From: an uncultured Verrucomicrobiae bacterium
GTDB taxonomy: Bacteria; Verrucomicrobiota; Verrucomicrobiia; Chthoniobacterales; UBA10450
Assembly: GCA_963726745.1 (NCBI GenBank)
Contig: CAVSDR010000002.1
Span: forward strand, 96,001 to 160,000
Direction: 5' to 3'
Length of the DNA stretch: 64,000 bases
Shown here: piece by piece, positions 63,250 to 64,000 of the stretch
Layout of the letters: the number at the start of each line of letters is the position of its first letter
Numbering within the stretch: position 1 is the first letter of the stretch
Made by a program: the position numbers and the translations under genes
The notes under the pieces: model-generated
The model's input: the letters and a program-made list of their open reading frames with translations, nothing else
Told to the model about the DNA's origin: nothing
Databases searched by the model: none

Positions 63250-64000
63250 ATGAAGCACACTCCACTCCTCCTCGCCCTCTGCATGACCACGCTCTCGGCC
63301 ACCGCCGCGGACCAGAAAAAAGCCAATCCGCTCCTGACTCCGAGCAAGCTGCAATACGAGTATCCGCCGTTCGACCAGCTCACGAATGCCGACTTCCAGC
63401 CAGCGATCGAGCAGGGGATGGCGGAGCACCTGAAGGAAGTGGAAAAAATCGCCGGCCAGAAAGAGAAGGCCACCTTCGAGAACACGATCGTCGCCCTGGA
63501 AAAAAGCGGCCGCCTCCTGCAGCGCGCGAATCGCACTTTCTCAAACCTGAACGCCTGCAACACCAACCCGGAGATGCAGAAAATCGACAAGGAACTGGCG
63601 CCAAAACTCTCCGCCCACCAGGATGCCATCCGGCTGAACGGCGCGCTCTTTGCCCGCATCTCCAGCCTTTACGACGCGCGCGAGAAGCTCGGCCTGGATA
63701 AGGAATCAAACTTCCTGCTCGAGCGTTACTACAAGGATTTCGTGCGCGCCGGAGCCAAGCTCGCGGATGCGGACAAAACCAAGCTCAAGGCGATGAACTC
63801 CGAGCTGGCCACGCTGCAAACGAAGTTCGAGCAGAACGTCCTTCAGGAGAAGAACGCCTCCTCGATCGTGGTCGACTCGAAGGAGGAACTCGATGGCTTG
63901 AGCGACAACGCGATCGCCGCAGCGGCCAAGGCGGCGAAGGACGACGGGAAGGAAGGCAAGTTTGTCATCCGTTTGCAAAACACCACCAGCCAGCCGCCGC
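63250..64000 (+). CDS. dcp: M3 family peptidyl-dipeptidase (Dcp), secreted; runs off the window edge
   Basis: Own translation: MKHTPLLLAL..NPLLTPSKLQYEYPPFDQL..ATFENTIVALEKSG..YKDFVRAGAKL..LQNTTSQP. Confidence 0.85.
   Translation, partial: MKHTPLLLALCMTTLSATAADQKKANPLLTPSKLQYEYPPFDQLTNADFQPAIEQGMAEHLKEVEKIAGQKEKATFENTIVALEKSGRLLQRANRTFSNLNACNTNPEMQKIDKELAPKLSAHQDAIRLNGALFARISSLYDAREKLGLDKESNFLLERYYKDFVRAGAKLADADKTKLKAMNSELATLQTKFEQNVLQEKNASSIVVDSKEELDGLSDNAIAAAAKAAKDDGKEGKFVIRLQNTTSQPP

Overview
High-GC bacterial chromosomal window, inferred to be Verrucomicrobiota (Spartobacteria/Chthoniobacterales-like) from PEP-CTERM proteins, a MoxR-Bat cluster, pseudopilin clusters and general protein style; the taxonomy is not verified. 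Content is mostly housekeeping and envelope genes: uvsE, moxR-DUF58-batABDE, der, pgsA, tRNA-Leu(TAA), prfC, gyrB/gyrA, psd/pssA, pilT, an FTR1 module, a T2SS/T4P-like cluster, a Ser/Thr kinase, rluA-family synthase, glycosyltransferases with an ECF sigma, hemL, tRNA-Cys, GH15, an iodotyrosine-deiodinase-like nitroreductase, MacAB-type ABC genes, a PaoABC-like molybdoenzyme operon and a partial dcp. Many conserved genes carry single-base frameshifts that look like long-read consensus errors. Two signals stand out. (1) A GxxExxY (PD-(D/E)xK-like) gene sits exactly between gyrB and gyrA, bounded by a perfect 16-bp inverted repeat that continues inward as inverted arrays of 9-bp GGAT-core repeats. 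(2) A dispersed, strand-unbiased TTAG-core motif family (TCGTTAGGC and TTAGCCAGC, about 38 exact copies by manual count, plus variants and palindromic dimers) is strongly over-represented and resembles a DNA-uptake-type sequence. Lesser signals are a RES-toxin remnant beside tRNA-Cys and a putative SigK-type promoter pair. No CRISPR array, rRNA or transposase was seen.
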